Of a DNA stretch of 64,000 nucleotides, positions 1-12,700 are shown one piece after another; the stretch's first letter is position 1; every line of letters starts with the position of its first letter. Made by a program: the position numbers and the translations under genes. The DNA lies in the NCBI GenBank assembly GCA_964016885.1, contig OZ024742.1, positions 238,390,001 to 238,454,000 on the forward strand, written 5' to 3'. Below the pieces are notes generated by a model. That model searched no databases. It was not told the origin of the DNA and worked only from the letters and a program-made list of their open reading frames with translations. Origin of the DNA: Eledone cirrhosa (Eukaryota).

Positions 1-221
1 CTCTGTGGCATCCTTTTATTAAAAAAAAAAGAGACTCATAACGAACTCAAGTCGACACGATTATTATTTAAGCTAATGTTCAATATCTCATATTAGATGT
101 TTAGTAATGATTATTACGAAATGCACTTAAACCGAATTCTATATTATAAATTCACTTAAATAATTATCGTGTCGTCTTGAGTTCGTTATGAGTCTCTTTT
201 TTATAAAAGGATGCCACAGAG
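1..221. repeat. Foldback inverted repeat (arms ~1-72 and ~155-221), possibly extending left of the window
   Basis: ctctgtggcatccttttat...gagactcataacgaactcaag is the reverse complement of cttgagttcgttatgagtctc...ataaaaggatgccacagag. Confidence 0.85.
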
Positions 222-1315
222 TGTACGATAGATAATAATTACAATATTTTTGAGTAACAACTCTAGTCCCACACTTTTGAAGGTTTATTATAACATTCTG
301 TGGCTCTTTTGAGCTTGCGCATTTTTCAGGTGTAGTTTAATTTTTTTTTAAGGCAATGCTTGTAATAACTCTAGTTAAACAATATATATATTAATAATAA
401 ATTATCGTTGTAATGTAATTAGATTATATAATTGTTATTTTATAAATGATCTTATAAATATTATTGTAAGATGTGTAAAAATATTTTCAGACTTTTAATA
501 TAAACAACTACAAAAAACAATCAATATTAAATAAATATATTTTACATAATAATTATTATAGTTGAATTAATAAAAATTAAATATTACGTACAAATAGTCT
601 AACATAATAATAATAAAATAATCTAACATAAAAGGAACAATAATATGGACAAATATACAAGTAAATATGGTACAACCAATATTATAAGCATGTTATAACG
701 AACTGAAAAAAAAATAGTTAATATACATTTAAAAAATCATATATAAATTAACAATATAACTTACCAAAACGAGAAAAATATTTTGATGTTAAACGACGAA
801 ATACAGGAGGAAGATTCGAAAGCGAAACGATAAATAAACGTGCAAACAAAATGGTGGATGCTTTTGAGCAACAATTACTCTCGTTGGTTAATTAGCCAAT
901 AAGACGATGAAATTAGCCAATAAGACGATACATTACAAAACATTTTGGCAGGGATCACCACGGCCAGCGATACCCCTTGAATTGTTTATTCACAAGCTAC
1001 GCATATATGTCAGAACACGCAGACATAAAACATTCTGTTGTTAGTCACTGCGTGTCTAACAGATGAGATCAGTAGCAAATTTTTGGATCTTTTTCAAATA
1101 TCAAATGAAGCTTCATTCCTATGTTTTCCATATTCTTACGTTTTTCAATGAGTTTTAGCATCCAATCGTTTGTAGTTTCAAGATATTTGGCCAGTCCAAT
1201 AGTGGTGGTTTTGTAACAGTTCAAACTGAGTCATGCCTCGACCTCCTTGAGTTTTGGGAAGGTAAAGACGATCCACATCTGCTTTTAAGTGGTGTAAATT
1301 ATTATTATTATTATT

Positions 1316-2047
1316 GTTCTTTGAGTCTCAGTCATTGATGTTAGTTAACTGGAAAGTTTGTTGAAATGAATATCAAGCCGCTACCTGCAGCCTCAGATAT
1401 TCAGAACATATCGGAGGGTTCTTGCTGTTCCCAGCAAGCATGCCTTTTGAAGCGTTCCAAAAAGCGTGGCGGGGCCAATTTTCTTTAACCATCCTGGAAA
1501 CTTTTTGAGATAGTACCTAGTGCGCCTATGACAATCGGGACCACTTTGACTTCATGGCAGTTCCAAATCCTTTTTACCTCCCACTTTATGTCCTGGTATC
1601 GGTTAATTTTCTCCCTCTCCTTCCCTTGCACTCTCGTGTCGAATGGGCAGGCCACATCCACAATCAGGCGCGATCTTTTTTTCCTTGTCCAAAACCACCA
1701 GGTCAGGTCTATTGTGTACCAGTTTCTTGTCCGTCTGTATCCTAAAATCCCACAGCACCTTCACCTGATCGTGTTCTATCACCGACTCTGGCTCATACCA
1801 CTTCTCAGAATGTGGTAAATTGTTTACTTTGCATAGGTGCCAGTTGATCACCCTGCCCATCACATCACGTCTCCAGCCCTTATAGTGAGTCTGGGCTAGG
1901 TGCTTACACTCGGATACAATGTGAGCCACAGTCTCCTCTCTCTCTTCACAGATCCTGCACAGTGGGCTAGCCTCCTCCTTGTAAATAGGGTGTTTCAACC
2001 ACTTCGTTTTGAGGGCCTGCTCTTGCGCAACCATTAGCATTCCTTCT

Positions 2048-2048
<1 letters not shown>
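1316..2048 (-). mobile_element. R4/Dong-clade non-LTR retrotransposon, 3' fragment (CCHC + restriction-like endonuclease)
   Basis: ORF 1603-2040: CRICEEREETVAHIVSEC, LWDFRIQTD, NRPDLVV; (TTA)n on both flanks. Confidence 0.8.
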
Positions 2049-2107
<59 letters not shown>

Positions 2108-2986
2108 GAGGATTAGTGGAGGGGAAGAGCGACGACGTCCTTGGGGAGACTCTGAGCGTCGACGAAAATCAATTAGCCAATCTCTTCGGGAGAACTTTCG
2201 GGCCGGGGCCCATGGACAACTTCCAGAGATCCCTGGCCTGGCAGTGCTACCGAGGAGCTTTGCCAGTGCGAGATAAACTCTACGGGCATGGAAGTGCTGT
2301 CAGCCGGGCCTGTCCGAGATGCGCGCAGGGCGACGAAACCGTCCTGCACGCACTCGTCCAGTGTCCGAGCATTGCTGACATGTGGGTTTATGTCGAACAC
2401 CTGCTGTCGCCTGTAGGACGGATCCGGCTCTCAGCTGAGTCCATCGTGAGGATTGCCCCGCCGTCTTCCTTTAGCCTGGAAGGGCAGGCAGCTTTTATTT
2501 GTCTGGTGGCCATGGCGAAACAGATCGTGTGGTGGACGCGTTTGAAAGAGCTGAAGACGAGCACTTACCTCTTCGGTGATGCCCTGATTAACTTTTTCAA
2601 ATTTCATTTGAAAAGGAAAGTAAGGGTAGAGAAGGAAGTGCTCTCTTCCCAGCAATTTGTTGAAAGATTGGTGAGAGAGAGGCAAGCATGGCCCGAGTGA
2701 ATGGGCCTGCTCTGAGTATGCGCCTGTCAATTGAAAGTGGAAAACTGGGAGAGGGCACTTGCCCTGGTGGTCAGGGTCACCGTAGCTTTTTTAATGGGCT
2801 TACTCCATGAATGTCCCTCGGAAGTCTCCCCCCCCCCCCTATTGGGGAATTTTCCTTTGTTTCTTTTTTGTCATTTCCTGTGTTGTTTATTTACACGCAG
2901 AAATGCCCATTCGTACCGTCCTGTAACGTCCCGTGCTGTCCTTAATGTTATATTTAATGTCAACCCTTGTGGTTAATAAAGAAAAC
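2108..2986 (+). mobile_element. Tx1/L1-clade LINE, 5'-truncated 3' fragment
   Basis: ORF 2116-2700 with the RT zinc-binding region (CPRCAQGDETVLHALVQC); 3' tail CCCTTGTGGTTAATAAAGAAA; same family as 17756-22744. Confidence 0.85.
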
Positions 2987-3099
2987 GTTGTTGTTGTTGT
3001 TGTTGTTGTTGTTGTTCTTCTTCTTCTTCTTCTTCTTCTTCTTCTTCTTCTTCTTCTTCTTGTTTTTGTTGCTGTTCCGTTTAGAGTATTCTCTATTGC

Positions 3100-3497
3100 G
3101 GAGTTCAGACCTTGAACGTAGGGCAATACATGTTTTTATTGTAGTGAGAGAACTCCTCTGAAAATGTGTGTTATTCCTAGTATCCGATACCTGCAGCCTC
3201 AGATATTCAGGACGTATCAGAGGGTTCTTGCTGTTCCCAGCAAGCATGCCTTTTGAAGTGTACCAAAAAAGGTGGCTGGACTAATGTTCGTTAACCATCC
3301 TTGAAAACTCATCGAGATAGTATCTAGTGTTCCTATGACAATCGGGATGACCTTGATCTCATGACAGTCCCAAATCTTTATTAATTCCCACTTTAAATCC
3401 TGTCATCGGTTAATTTTCTCCTTTTCTTGCTCTCTTGTGTCAAAGGGCTAGGCTACATCTATAATCAGGCACGATCTTTTTTCCTATCAAAAACCAA
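3100..3497 (-). mobile_element. R4/Dong-clade 3' fragment, paralog of 1316-2048
   Basis: Near-identical stretches (acctgcagcctcagatattcag...ttgctgttcccagcaagcatgccttttgaag); (TTA)n at the right edge. Confidence 0.75.
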
Positions 3498-3576
3498 ATT
3501 ATTATTATTATTATTTCCATTATTATTATTATATTTCTTTTCGGCCCTTGTGGCCAATAAATGAAATCATTATTAG

Positions 3577-3762
3577 TGGATTGGCAGTATTGGTAGAGGG
3601 TCGAACGCCATGCTTTGACGCATAGAGTTACGGCCCTTGCCATTCTGAGTTCAAATGCCGCCGAGGTTAACTTTGCCTTTCATCCTTACGGGGTCGATAA
3701 AATAAAGTACCAGTAATACTGAGTAATTGCTGGCCTTGTGCCTAACATAGAAACAATTATTA
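3577..3762 (+). mobile_element. tRNA-derived SINE, family A (Deu/Nin-like core)
   Basis: A/B-box-like TGGCAGTATTGG and GAGTTCAAATG; core GAGGTTAACTTTGCCTTTCATCCTTACGGGGTCGATAAAATAAAGTACCAGT; (TTA) tail; more than 10 copies in the window. Confidence 0.8.
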
Positions 3763-3876
3763 TATTTCTTTATTTATTTCTTCTAAACAGCAGTTGTGAT
3801 GTGATGTAAATAATATTTGTTTCAATATATCTAACTTTAAAGCCTTTTTCTTTCTATTCTCTGTTCTTCTCTGCAG

Positions 3877-4016
3877 GTATGTTGTGGCAGGAGATGAAAC
3901 AAGTCTATGCTGCAGGCATCCACAACTACTTTGACTCTTTATACAATTACTTGGACTTCGCCGTCCTCACACTATACATAACCTCATTTACATTGCGATA
4001 CTTAAGTATTATTAAG
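3877..4016 (+). CDS. TRPC: TRPC3/6/7-like channel, first exon in window (S2-S3); upstream exons lie outside the window
   Basis: Pyrimidine tract + CAG acceptor ending 3876; encodes (G)MLWQEMKQVYAAGIHNYFDSLYNYLDFAVLTLYITSFTLRYLSIIK; donor GTTAGT at 4017. Resembles TRPC S2-S3 (WxExKx...NxLDF). Confidence 0.9.
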
Positions 4017-4102
4017 GTTAGTGCAAACTCTAATCATTGTTATGATTCTATTCTCAATTGATGCAGTGATACACAAAAACCAATGTACCGTTTATTACAC
4101 AC

Positions 4103-4114
4103 GTGTGTGTGTGT

Positions 4115-4203
<89 letters not shown>
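4103..4203. repeat. (TG)n microsatellite
   Basis: Directly visible. Confidence 0.98.
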
Positions 4204-4210
<7 letters not shown>

Positions 4211-4452
4211 AGAAGAGGTAGTTTTCACTTTTCATTGGTAAAATCAAACTTGTTGAGTGATTATGCAACTGTTAATGAAGAAGCAGCTTACCGAATAGTT
4301 TTCTCAACATGTATAATTGAGTCATGCGATATAATATTCTATGTGTTAACCCACGGGTATTCTACAAGTACCAATATTTCACGGAATACGTATAAATCAA
4401 TATGTTAAGAAAAACAGACAAGGCGTGATTCGAAAAACTTATTTAATTATAC

Positions 4453-4571
4453 ATTCTAACGCGGTTTCATCATCGAGTTACGTCACAGGGTCTACGAAAG
4501 CTGTTTGGAGTTATTTATTTTTCCAATCATTCCCTTGCGTTCCACTGTTATTCAACGAATCTTCAGAGAAT
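4453..4571 (-). ncRNA. Type I hammerhead ribozyme motif with long stem II, downstream of a PLE ORF end
   Basis: Minus strand: AUUCU-CUGAAGA-uUCGUUGA...UCGAUGAu-GAAA-CCGCG-UU^AGAAU; stem I is 5 bp. Confidence 0.6.
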
Positions 4572-4939
4572 AAATACCATGTTTAGAATGTCAATGATAC
4601 TAGTATCGAATATAAAAAGAAAGGATTGATAAGTGGACATATGGTCTTCAAGCAATTTTTGGTGCTACATAAATGAGATATATTATTGGCTGAGAAATAG
4701 TTAGATCAAAGGGGTTGTATAAGGGTTGGGAGTGGCCATTGTGGTAAAAAAAATAATAAACAGGCCGTAAATCTCTTTAATATTAATAGTATCAGCATGA
4801 CAGTTACAGATAGAAATGAAGCTGAAATAATGGATTTGGGGCCAGTTGTCTATGTAATAAAACTGGCTATTTGAAAAAGATAGAAGTGACATAAATTGAG
4901 AAATGGAGGTAGGGTAATTGGTTCTAATCATGGATTAGT

Positions 4940-5330
4940 AAGAATTAGTTATAATTAGAAAATGTTTTTAGGTATTTGTGCTTACAGTTGAATATCCTAT
5001 CTTGTCTAGAGCTCAGTAATTTCTTTCCAGTCAAGATTTCCAGTACTTCCATCGCACAAAGATCACAATCCTTTTTTTACGTCGGTAGGGGTGGGCGAAT
5101 GGTAGAATGGATCACAACAGCGGTAGATTTTCGAAGCTCGGGGTTTTTAAACGTATGGGTATGTACATACCATCTTTTATTTAAAAAGTTGGGTGTGGGC
5201 CCCATATATTTAAATATCACATGGCTTGTTGTAACTTCGCACTAGTACGCAATGTTGTTACTCATGCATTTACCCCATAGGGTGTAACTATAGGGTTTTC
5301 TACAGTTACAATGTCGATTATAATCGGTTT
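4940..5330 (-). mobile_element. Penelope-like element, degenerate C-terminal endonuclease region
   Basis: Minus frame reads DCDLCAMEVLEILTGKKLLSSRQDRIFNCKHK, fitting the CxLCxxE...LxxRxxxxxCxH tail of PLE GIY-YIG proteins. Confidence 0.6.
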
Positions 5331-5599
5331 TTGCGCTGTCATTTAGGGTAGACTTGTTGGTGGACTGCGATATAAATAACCGCTCGCTGTTGTTGGTTTG
5401 GTGTGGTACAGTGGGTTGAAATGATGATGAAGATGGGGACAGGTTATTACTTCGAATTGAGGTTTGATTACTACTATTGTGTTTTCGGAGACACTTATTA
5501 TTTAGTCCTGCTATATAACTTTCTACGTTCTTTGTAGTTGAGTATGATAGTTTGACTTATTCCTGTTTAAAATATTTTTATATTTATGTGATGGTGGAG

Positions 5600-6200
5600 A
5601 ATTTAACACAGAACTTTAAACAGGAATACAGTCATTTCTACGATACTATAATGTTCATCAATGCAACTCCCAGAGGCATACATATTTAGAAGGGCTCTAG
5701 ACAAACTAAAATTAAATATTAGGATATTAGAAAAACCAGGTGTTCCTATAAAAGTCCTAATTAGTAGAACGTACCCTTTTGAGAAAAACCCCTGCACTGA
5801 TAGAAAATGTATAGTCTGCAGATTAAATCCACAAATTAACTCTAAAACTAAGAACGTAGTATGTAGCATAAATTGTGCGAAGGGACAGTGTAGGAATAGG
5901 GTCACGACTTGCATATGTGACAGTGCCTGTAGCATAAGAGAAAGGATAAAAGAACATTGGTGAGAACTCCAAGATGGGAAAAACTCATCATTATTCCACC
6001 GACATGCCAAAATGGAACGTGGGGGCACACTAGAGAATTTCGAGATAAAGTCCTATCCACACACAGAACAAAGGCAATGCTCTGACAAATTACAGAAGTG
6101 ACAAACATAAACAAATTCCAACGAAAACTAAACAGAAAACATGAGTGGAATAGCAGCAACCTCGCAACTAGTAATTAATGACAAGATAAAGACATACAAT
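5600..6200 (+). mobile_element. Penelope-like element, degenerate GIY-YIG endonuclease fragment
   Basis: ORF 5661-5963: PCTDRKCIVC...KNVVCSINCAKGQC...CICDSACSIRERIKEH, a decayed NVVY..C..C..YIGE..R..ERIKEH. Confidence 0.7.
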
Positions 6201-6683
6201 AACACAAAAGAACTAAAGTAATACAACAAACCAGGTACACACAGATAGAACAAGTAACCAACAAGCGTAAGTAAATAAACGTATAAATAAACAAATAAAT
6301 AGATAAACAAATAAATATATCAAAATAGATAAATATATAAAAACACGTGCAAACACTGAAACACGGATACAATGCATGCGCAGCCAAAGTACACAGTTCA
6401 CAAAAACAAAATGATGTAGGACAGAACAAAGAAGAGACACAAAATAACAACAAAAGTAGTCACTGGGGAGATCATAGAATGTGCAACGAAAGAACTTTGA
6501 CAATCAACAACGAAACAACCACTCGGTTATTAAACTAATCGACTGGGAGTTCATAATAAATTGAAGGGAATCTAACAGGTGCGTGTGCTTTTATTGGCAG
6601 CATGACCCTCCCAAAGAATAACACTATCTGTTTCAACACACGTTTTCAAAGAAGAAATTTTGCAAAACAAATACAAAAACGAA

Positions 6684-6760
<77 letters not shown>

Positions 6761-6763
<3 letters not shown>

Positions 6764-9700
6764 TTAATACAATAACAGAGATAGTTTAAAGCTAAACTCT
6801 GACTGGTAACCATCTCACTCAACAAACATTAGGTAATATTTTAATATAAACCCAATTTAGGTGTTTGGGGTGCTAACAATATGTATTATGTGGAAAAGCC
6901 AGTTGTATTATTTTATGAGATATAATTAAAGTTAAAATACATCTCTCTTTCCAAACAATTGTTTCATTATAAGTTTTCTACAAATTGGGAGAATATTTCC
7001 AGTTTATGTAGAAGCCTAATATACATTCATGTAAGAATATATTTAGGTGGGCGTTTATAAATCATCAGTGGAAGCCCATTAAACTTTGATATAAGAAAAA
7101 AAATTCTTACCGCAGTTAAAAATCGTGTCTGTTAAGTTGCTCCTTCTCGCATCGAATGACCGCAAAATTTGAAATTCCAGCAGTTTTTGACTGAGGAAGT
7201 ATTATAGCGTCACAAAGCGGGAAGGGGAGACAACTACGATCCACGATAGGAGGAAAAAAATAATATAGACGCGGGTTAATCAGTTTTTTTCGAAAACATT
7301 ATCAATGCAACGTGTTAAGAACTCAATTGAAATTAAAAAAATAAATATATGCGTGTATAAATTACACACGCATATAGATATTTTCTTAGGCTAAAATCAG
7401 AGGTTGTACCTGAATAAGAAACCGCATCTCATAACCGTAGTAAATACGGAAAGTTATGCTTTAAAAGGCAAATGGGAATGTAAATCTCCGGCCGAATTAA
7501 GAGTAAAATATAAAACACACGCGGGTTAATTAGTTATTTCAAAACTAATATCAATTCCTCGTGTAAAGAACTAACAGAGATAGTTTAAAGCTAAACTCTG
7601 ACTGGTAACCATCTCACTCAACAAACATTAGGTTATATTTTAATATAAACCCAATTTAGGTGTTTGGGGTGCTAACAATATGTATTATGTGGAAAAGCCA
7701 GTTGTATTATTTTATGAGGCATAATTAAAGTTAAAATACATCTCTCTTTCCAAACAATTGTTTCATTATAAGTTTTCTACAAATTGGGAGAATATTTCCA
7801 GTTTATGTAGAAGCCTAATATACATTCATGTAAGAATATATTTAGGTGGGCGTTTATAAATCATCAGTGGAAGCCCATTAAACTTTGATATAAGAAAAAA
7901 AAATTTTACCGCAGTTAAAAATCATGTCTGTTAAGTTGCTCCTTCTCGCATCGAATGACCGCCAAATTTGAAATTCCAGCAGTTTTTGACTGAGGAAGTA
8001 TTATAGCGTCACTAAGCGGGAAGGGGAGACAACTATGATCCACGATAGGAGGAAAAAAAATAATATACACGCGGGTTAATCAGTTTTTTCGAAGACATTA
8101 TCAATCCAACGTGTTAAGAACTCAATTGAAATTAAAAAAATAAATATATGCGTGTATACATTACACACGCATATAGATGTTTTCTTAGGCTAAAATCAGA
8201 AGTTGTACCTGAATAAGAAACCGCATCTCATAACCGTAGTAAATACGGAAAGTTATGCTTTAAAGGGCAAATGGGAATGTAAATTCTCCGGCCGAATTAA
8301 GAGTAAAATATAAAACACACGCGGGTTAATTAGTTATTTCAAAACTAATATCAATTCCTCGTGTAAAGAACTCAATTAATTTAAAAAAATAATAAATGTA
8401 TGCATGCAATTAAATACATAGACATATATATATATTCTTAGGCTAAAAAACAGAGAAGTTACAACCAATAAAAACCACAATATCGCACAACAGTAATAAA
8501 TACGGAAAGTCAAATTTATAAGGTACCTGGAAATAAACACCTCTGGCCAATCAAGAGTAAAATATTTAATACAATAACAGAGATAGTTTAAAGCTAAACT
8601 CTGACTGGTAACCATCTCACTCAACAAACATTAGGTTATATTTTAATATAAACCCAATTTAGGTGTTTGGGGTGCTAACAATATGTATTATGTGGAAAAG
8701 CCAGTTGTATTATTTTATGAGGCATAATTAAAGTTAAAATACATCTCTCTTTCCAAACAATTGTTTCATTATAAGTTTTCTACAAATTGGGAGAATATTT
8801 CCAGTTTATGTAGAAGCCTAATATACATTCATGTAAGAATATATTTAGGTGGGCGTTTATAAATCATCAGTGGAAGCCCATTAAACTTTGATATAAGAAA
8901 AAAAAATTTTACCGCAGTTAAAAATCATGTCTGTTAAGTTGCTCCTTCTCGCATCGAATGACCGCCAAATTTGAAATTCCAGCAGTTTTTGACTGAGGAA
9001 GTATTATAGCGTCACTAAGCGGGAAGGGGAGACAACTATGATCCACGATAGGAGGAAAAAAAATAATATACACGCGGGTTAATCAGTTTTTTCGAAGACA
9101 TTATCAATCCAACGTGTTAAGAACTCAATTGAAATTAAAAAAATAAATATATGCGTGTATACATTACACACGCATATAGATGTTTTCTTAGGCTAAAATC
9201 AGAAGTTGTACCTGAATAAGAAACCGCATCTCATAACCGTAGTAAATACGGAAAGTTATGCTTTAAAGGGCAAATGGGAATGTAAATTCTCCGGCCGAAT
9301 TAAGAGTAAAATATAAAACACACGCGGGTTAATTAGTTATTTCAAAACTAATATCAATTCCTCGTGTAAAGAACTCAATTAATTTAAAAAAATAATAAAT
9401 GTATGCATGCAATTAAATACATAGACATATATATATATTCTTAGGCTAAAAAACAGAGAAGTTACAACCAATAAAAACCACAATATCGCACAACAGTAAT
9501 AAATACGGAAAGTCAAATTTATAAGGTACCTGGAAATAAACACCTCTGGCCAATCAAGAGTAAAATATTTAATACAATAACAGAGATAGTTTAAAGCTAA
9601 ACTCTGACTGGTAACCATCTCACTCAACAAACATTAGGTTATATTTTAATATAAACCCAATTTAGGTGTTTGGGGTGCTAACAATATGTATTATGTGGAA

Positions 9701-12700
9701 AAGCCAGTTGTATTATTTTATGAGGCATAATTAAAGTTAAAATACATCTCTCTTTCCAAACAATTGTTTCATTATAAGTTTTCTACAAATTGGGAGAATA
9801 TTTCCAGTTTATGTAGAAGCCTAATATACATTCATGTAAGAATATATTTAGGTGGGCGTTTATAAATCATCAGTGGAAGCCCATTAAACTTTGATATAAG
9901 AAAAAAAAATTTTACCGCAGTTAAAAATCATGTCTGTTAAGTTGCTCCTTCTCGCATCGAATGACCGCCAAATTTGAAATTCCAGCAGTTTTTGACTGAG
10001 GAAGTATTATAGCGTCACTAAGCGGGAAGGGGAGACAACTATGATCCACGATAGGAGGAAAAAAAATAATATACACGCGGGTTAATCAGTTTTTTCGAAG
10101 ACATTATCAATCCAACGTGTTAAGAACTCAATTGAAATTAAAAAAATAAATATATGCGTGTATACATTACACACGCATATAGATGTTTTCTTAGGCTAAA
10201 ATCAGAAGTTGTACCTGAATAAGAAACCGCATCTCATAACCGTAGTAAATACGGAAAGTTATGCTTTAAAGGGCAAATGGGAATGTAAATTCTCCGGCCG
10301 AATTAAGAGTAAAATATAAAACACACGCGGGTTAATTAGTTATTTCAAAACTAATATCAATTCCTCGTGTAAAGAACTCAATTAATTTAAAAAAATAATA
10401 AATGTATGCATGCAATTAAATACATAGACATATATATATATTCTTAGGCTAAAAAACAGAGAAGTTACAACCAATAAAAACCACAATATCGCACAACAGT
10501 AATAAATACGGAAAGTCAAATTTATAAGGTACCTGGAAATAAACACCTCTGGCCAATCAAGAGTAAAATATTTAATACAATAACAGAGATAGTTTAAAGC
10601 TAAACTCTGACTGGTAACCATCTCACTCAACAAACATTAGGTTATATTTTAATATAAACCCAATTTAGGTGTTTGGGGTGCTAACAATATGTATTATGTG
10701 GAAAAGCCAGTTGTATTATTTTATGAGGCATAATTAAAGTTAAAATACATCTCTCTTTCCAAACAATTGTTTCATTATAAGTTTTCTACAAATTGGGAGA
10801 ATATTTCCAGTTTATGTAGAAGCCTAATATACATTCATGTAAGAATATATTTAGGTGGGCGTTTATAAATCATCAGTGGAAGCCCATTAAACTTTGATAT
10901 AAGAAAAAAAAATTTTACCGCAGTTAAAAATCATGTCTGTTAAGTTGCTCCTTCTCGCATCGAATGACCGCCAAATTTGAAATTCCAGCAGTTTTTGACT
11001 GAGGAAGTATTATAGCGTCACTAAGCGGGAAGGGGAGACAACTATGATCCACGATAGGAGGAAAAAAAATAATATACACGCGGGTTAATCAGTTTTTTCG
11101 AAGACATTATCAATCCAACGTGTTAAGAACTCAATTGAAATTAAAAAAATAAATATATGCGTGTATACATTACACACGCATATAGATGTTTTCTTAGGCT
11201 AAAATCAGAAGTTGTACCTGAATAAGAAACCGCATCTCATAACCGTAGTAAATACGGAAAGTTATGCTTTAAAGGGCAAATGGGAATGTAAATTCTCCGG
11301 CCGAATTAAGAGTAAAATATAAAACACACGCGGGTTAATTAGTTATTTCAAAACTAATATCAATTCCTCGTGTAAAGAACTCAATTAATTTAAAAAAATA
11401 ATAAATGTATGCATGCAATTAAATACATAGACATATATATATATTCTTAGGCTAAAAAACAGAGAAGTTACAACCAATAAAAACCACAATATCGCACAAC
11501 AGTAATAAATACGGAAAGTCAAATTTATAAGGTACCTGGAAATAAACACCTCTGGCCAATCAAGAGTAAAATATTTAATACAATAACAGAGATAGTTTAA
11601 AGCTAAACTCTGACTGGTAACCATCTCACTCAACAAACATTAGGTTATATTTTAATATAAACCCAATTTAGGTGTTTGGGGTGCTAACAATATGTATTAT
11701 GTGGAAAAGCCAGTTGTATTATTTTATGAGGCATAATTAAAGTTAAAATACATCTCTCTTTCCAAACAATTGTTTCATTATAAGTTTTCTACAAATTGGG
11801 AGAATATTTCCAGTTTATGTAGAAGCCTAATATACATTCATGTAAGAATATATTTAGGTGGGCGTTTATAAATCATCAGTGGAAGCCCATTAAACTTTGA
11901 TATAAGAAAAAAAAATTTTACCGCAGTTAAAAATCATGTCTGTTAAGTTGCTCCTTCTCGCATCGAATGACCGCCAAATTTGAAATTCCAGCAGTTTTTG
12001 ACTGAGGAAGTATTATAGCGTCACTAAGCGGGAAGGGGAGACAACTATGATCCACGATAGGAGGAAAAAAAATAATACACACGCGGGTTAATCAGTTTTT
12101 TCGAAAACATTATCAATCCAACGTGTTAAGAACTCAATTGAAATTAAAAAAATAAATATATGCGTGTATACATTACACACGCATATAGATATTTTCTTAG
12201 GCTAAAATCAGAGGTTGTACCTGAATAAGAAACCGCATCTCATAACCGTAGTAAATACGGAAAGTTATGCTTTAAAGGGCAAATGGGAATGTAAATTCTC
12301 CGGCCGAATTAAGAGTAAAATATAAAACACACGCGGGTTAATTAGTTATTTCAAAACTAATATCAATTCCTCGTGTAAAGAACTCAATTAATTTTAAAAA
12401 ATAATAAATGTATGCATGCAATTAAATACATAGGCATATATATATATTCTTAGGCTAAAAAACAGAGAAGTTACAACCAATAAAAACCACAATATCGCAC
12501 AACAGTAATAAATACGGAAAGTCAAATTTATAAGGTACCTGGAAATAAACACCTCTGGCCAATCAAGAGTAAAATATTTAATACAATAACAGAGATAGTT
12601 TAAAGCTAAACTCTGACTGGTAACCATCTCACTCAACAAACATTAGGTTATATTTTAATATAAACCCAATTTAGGTGTTTGGGGTGCTAACAATATGTAT

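Noticed and set aside
890-932. Duplicated TTAGCCAATAAGACGAT (CCAAT boxes) as a promoter
   Set aside because: Apparently intronic, with no associated transcription start evidence; may be part of an unidentified repeat.
3577-3665. tRNA gene
   Set aside because: Only A/B-box remnants within a multi-copy SINE head; no cloverleaf.
6996-7003. First GAAA after CUGAUGA in the array ribozyme
   Set aside because: It gives poor stems and a G at the cleavage position; the second GAAA (6962-6965) gives a perfect stem I and a palindromic stem III.
7190-7230. CTGAGGA on the + strand of the array unit as a second hammerhead core
   Set aside because: No matching stem II, GAAA and stem I arrangement.
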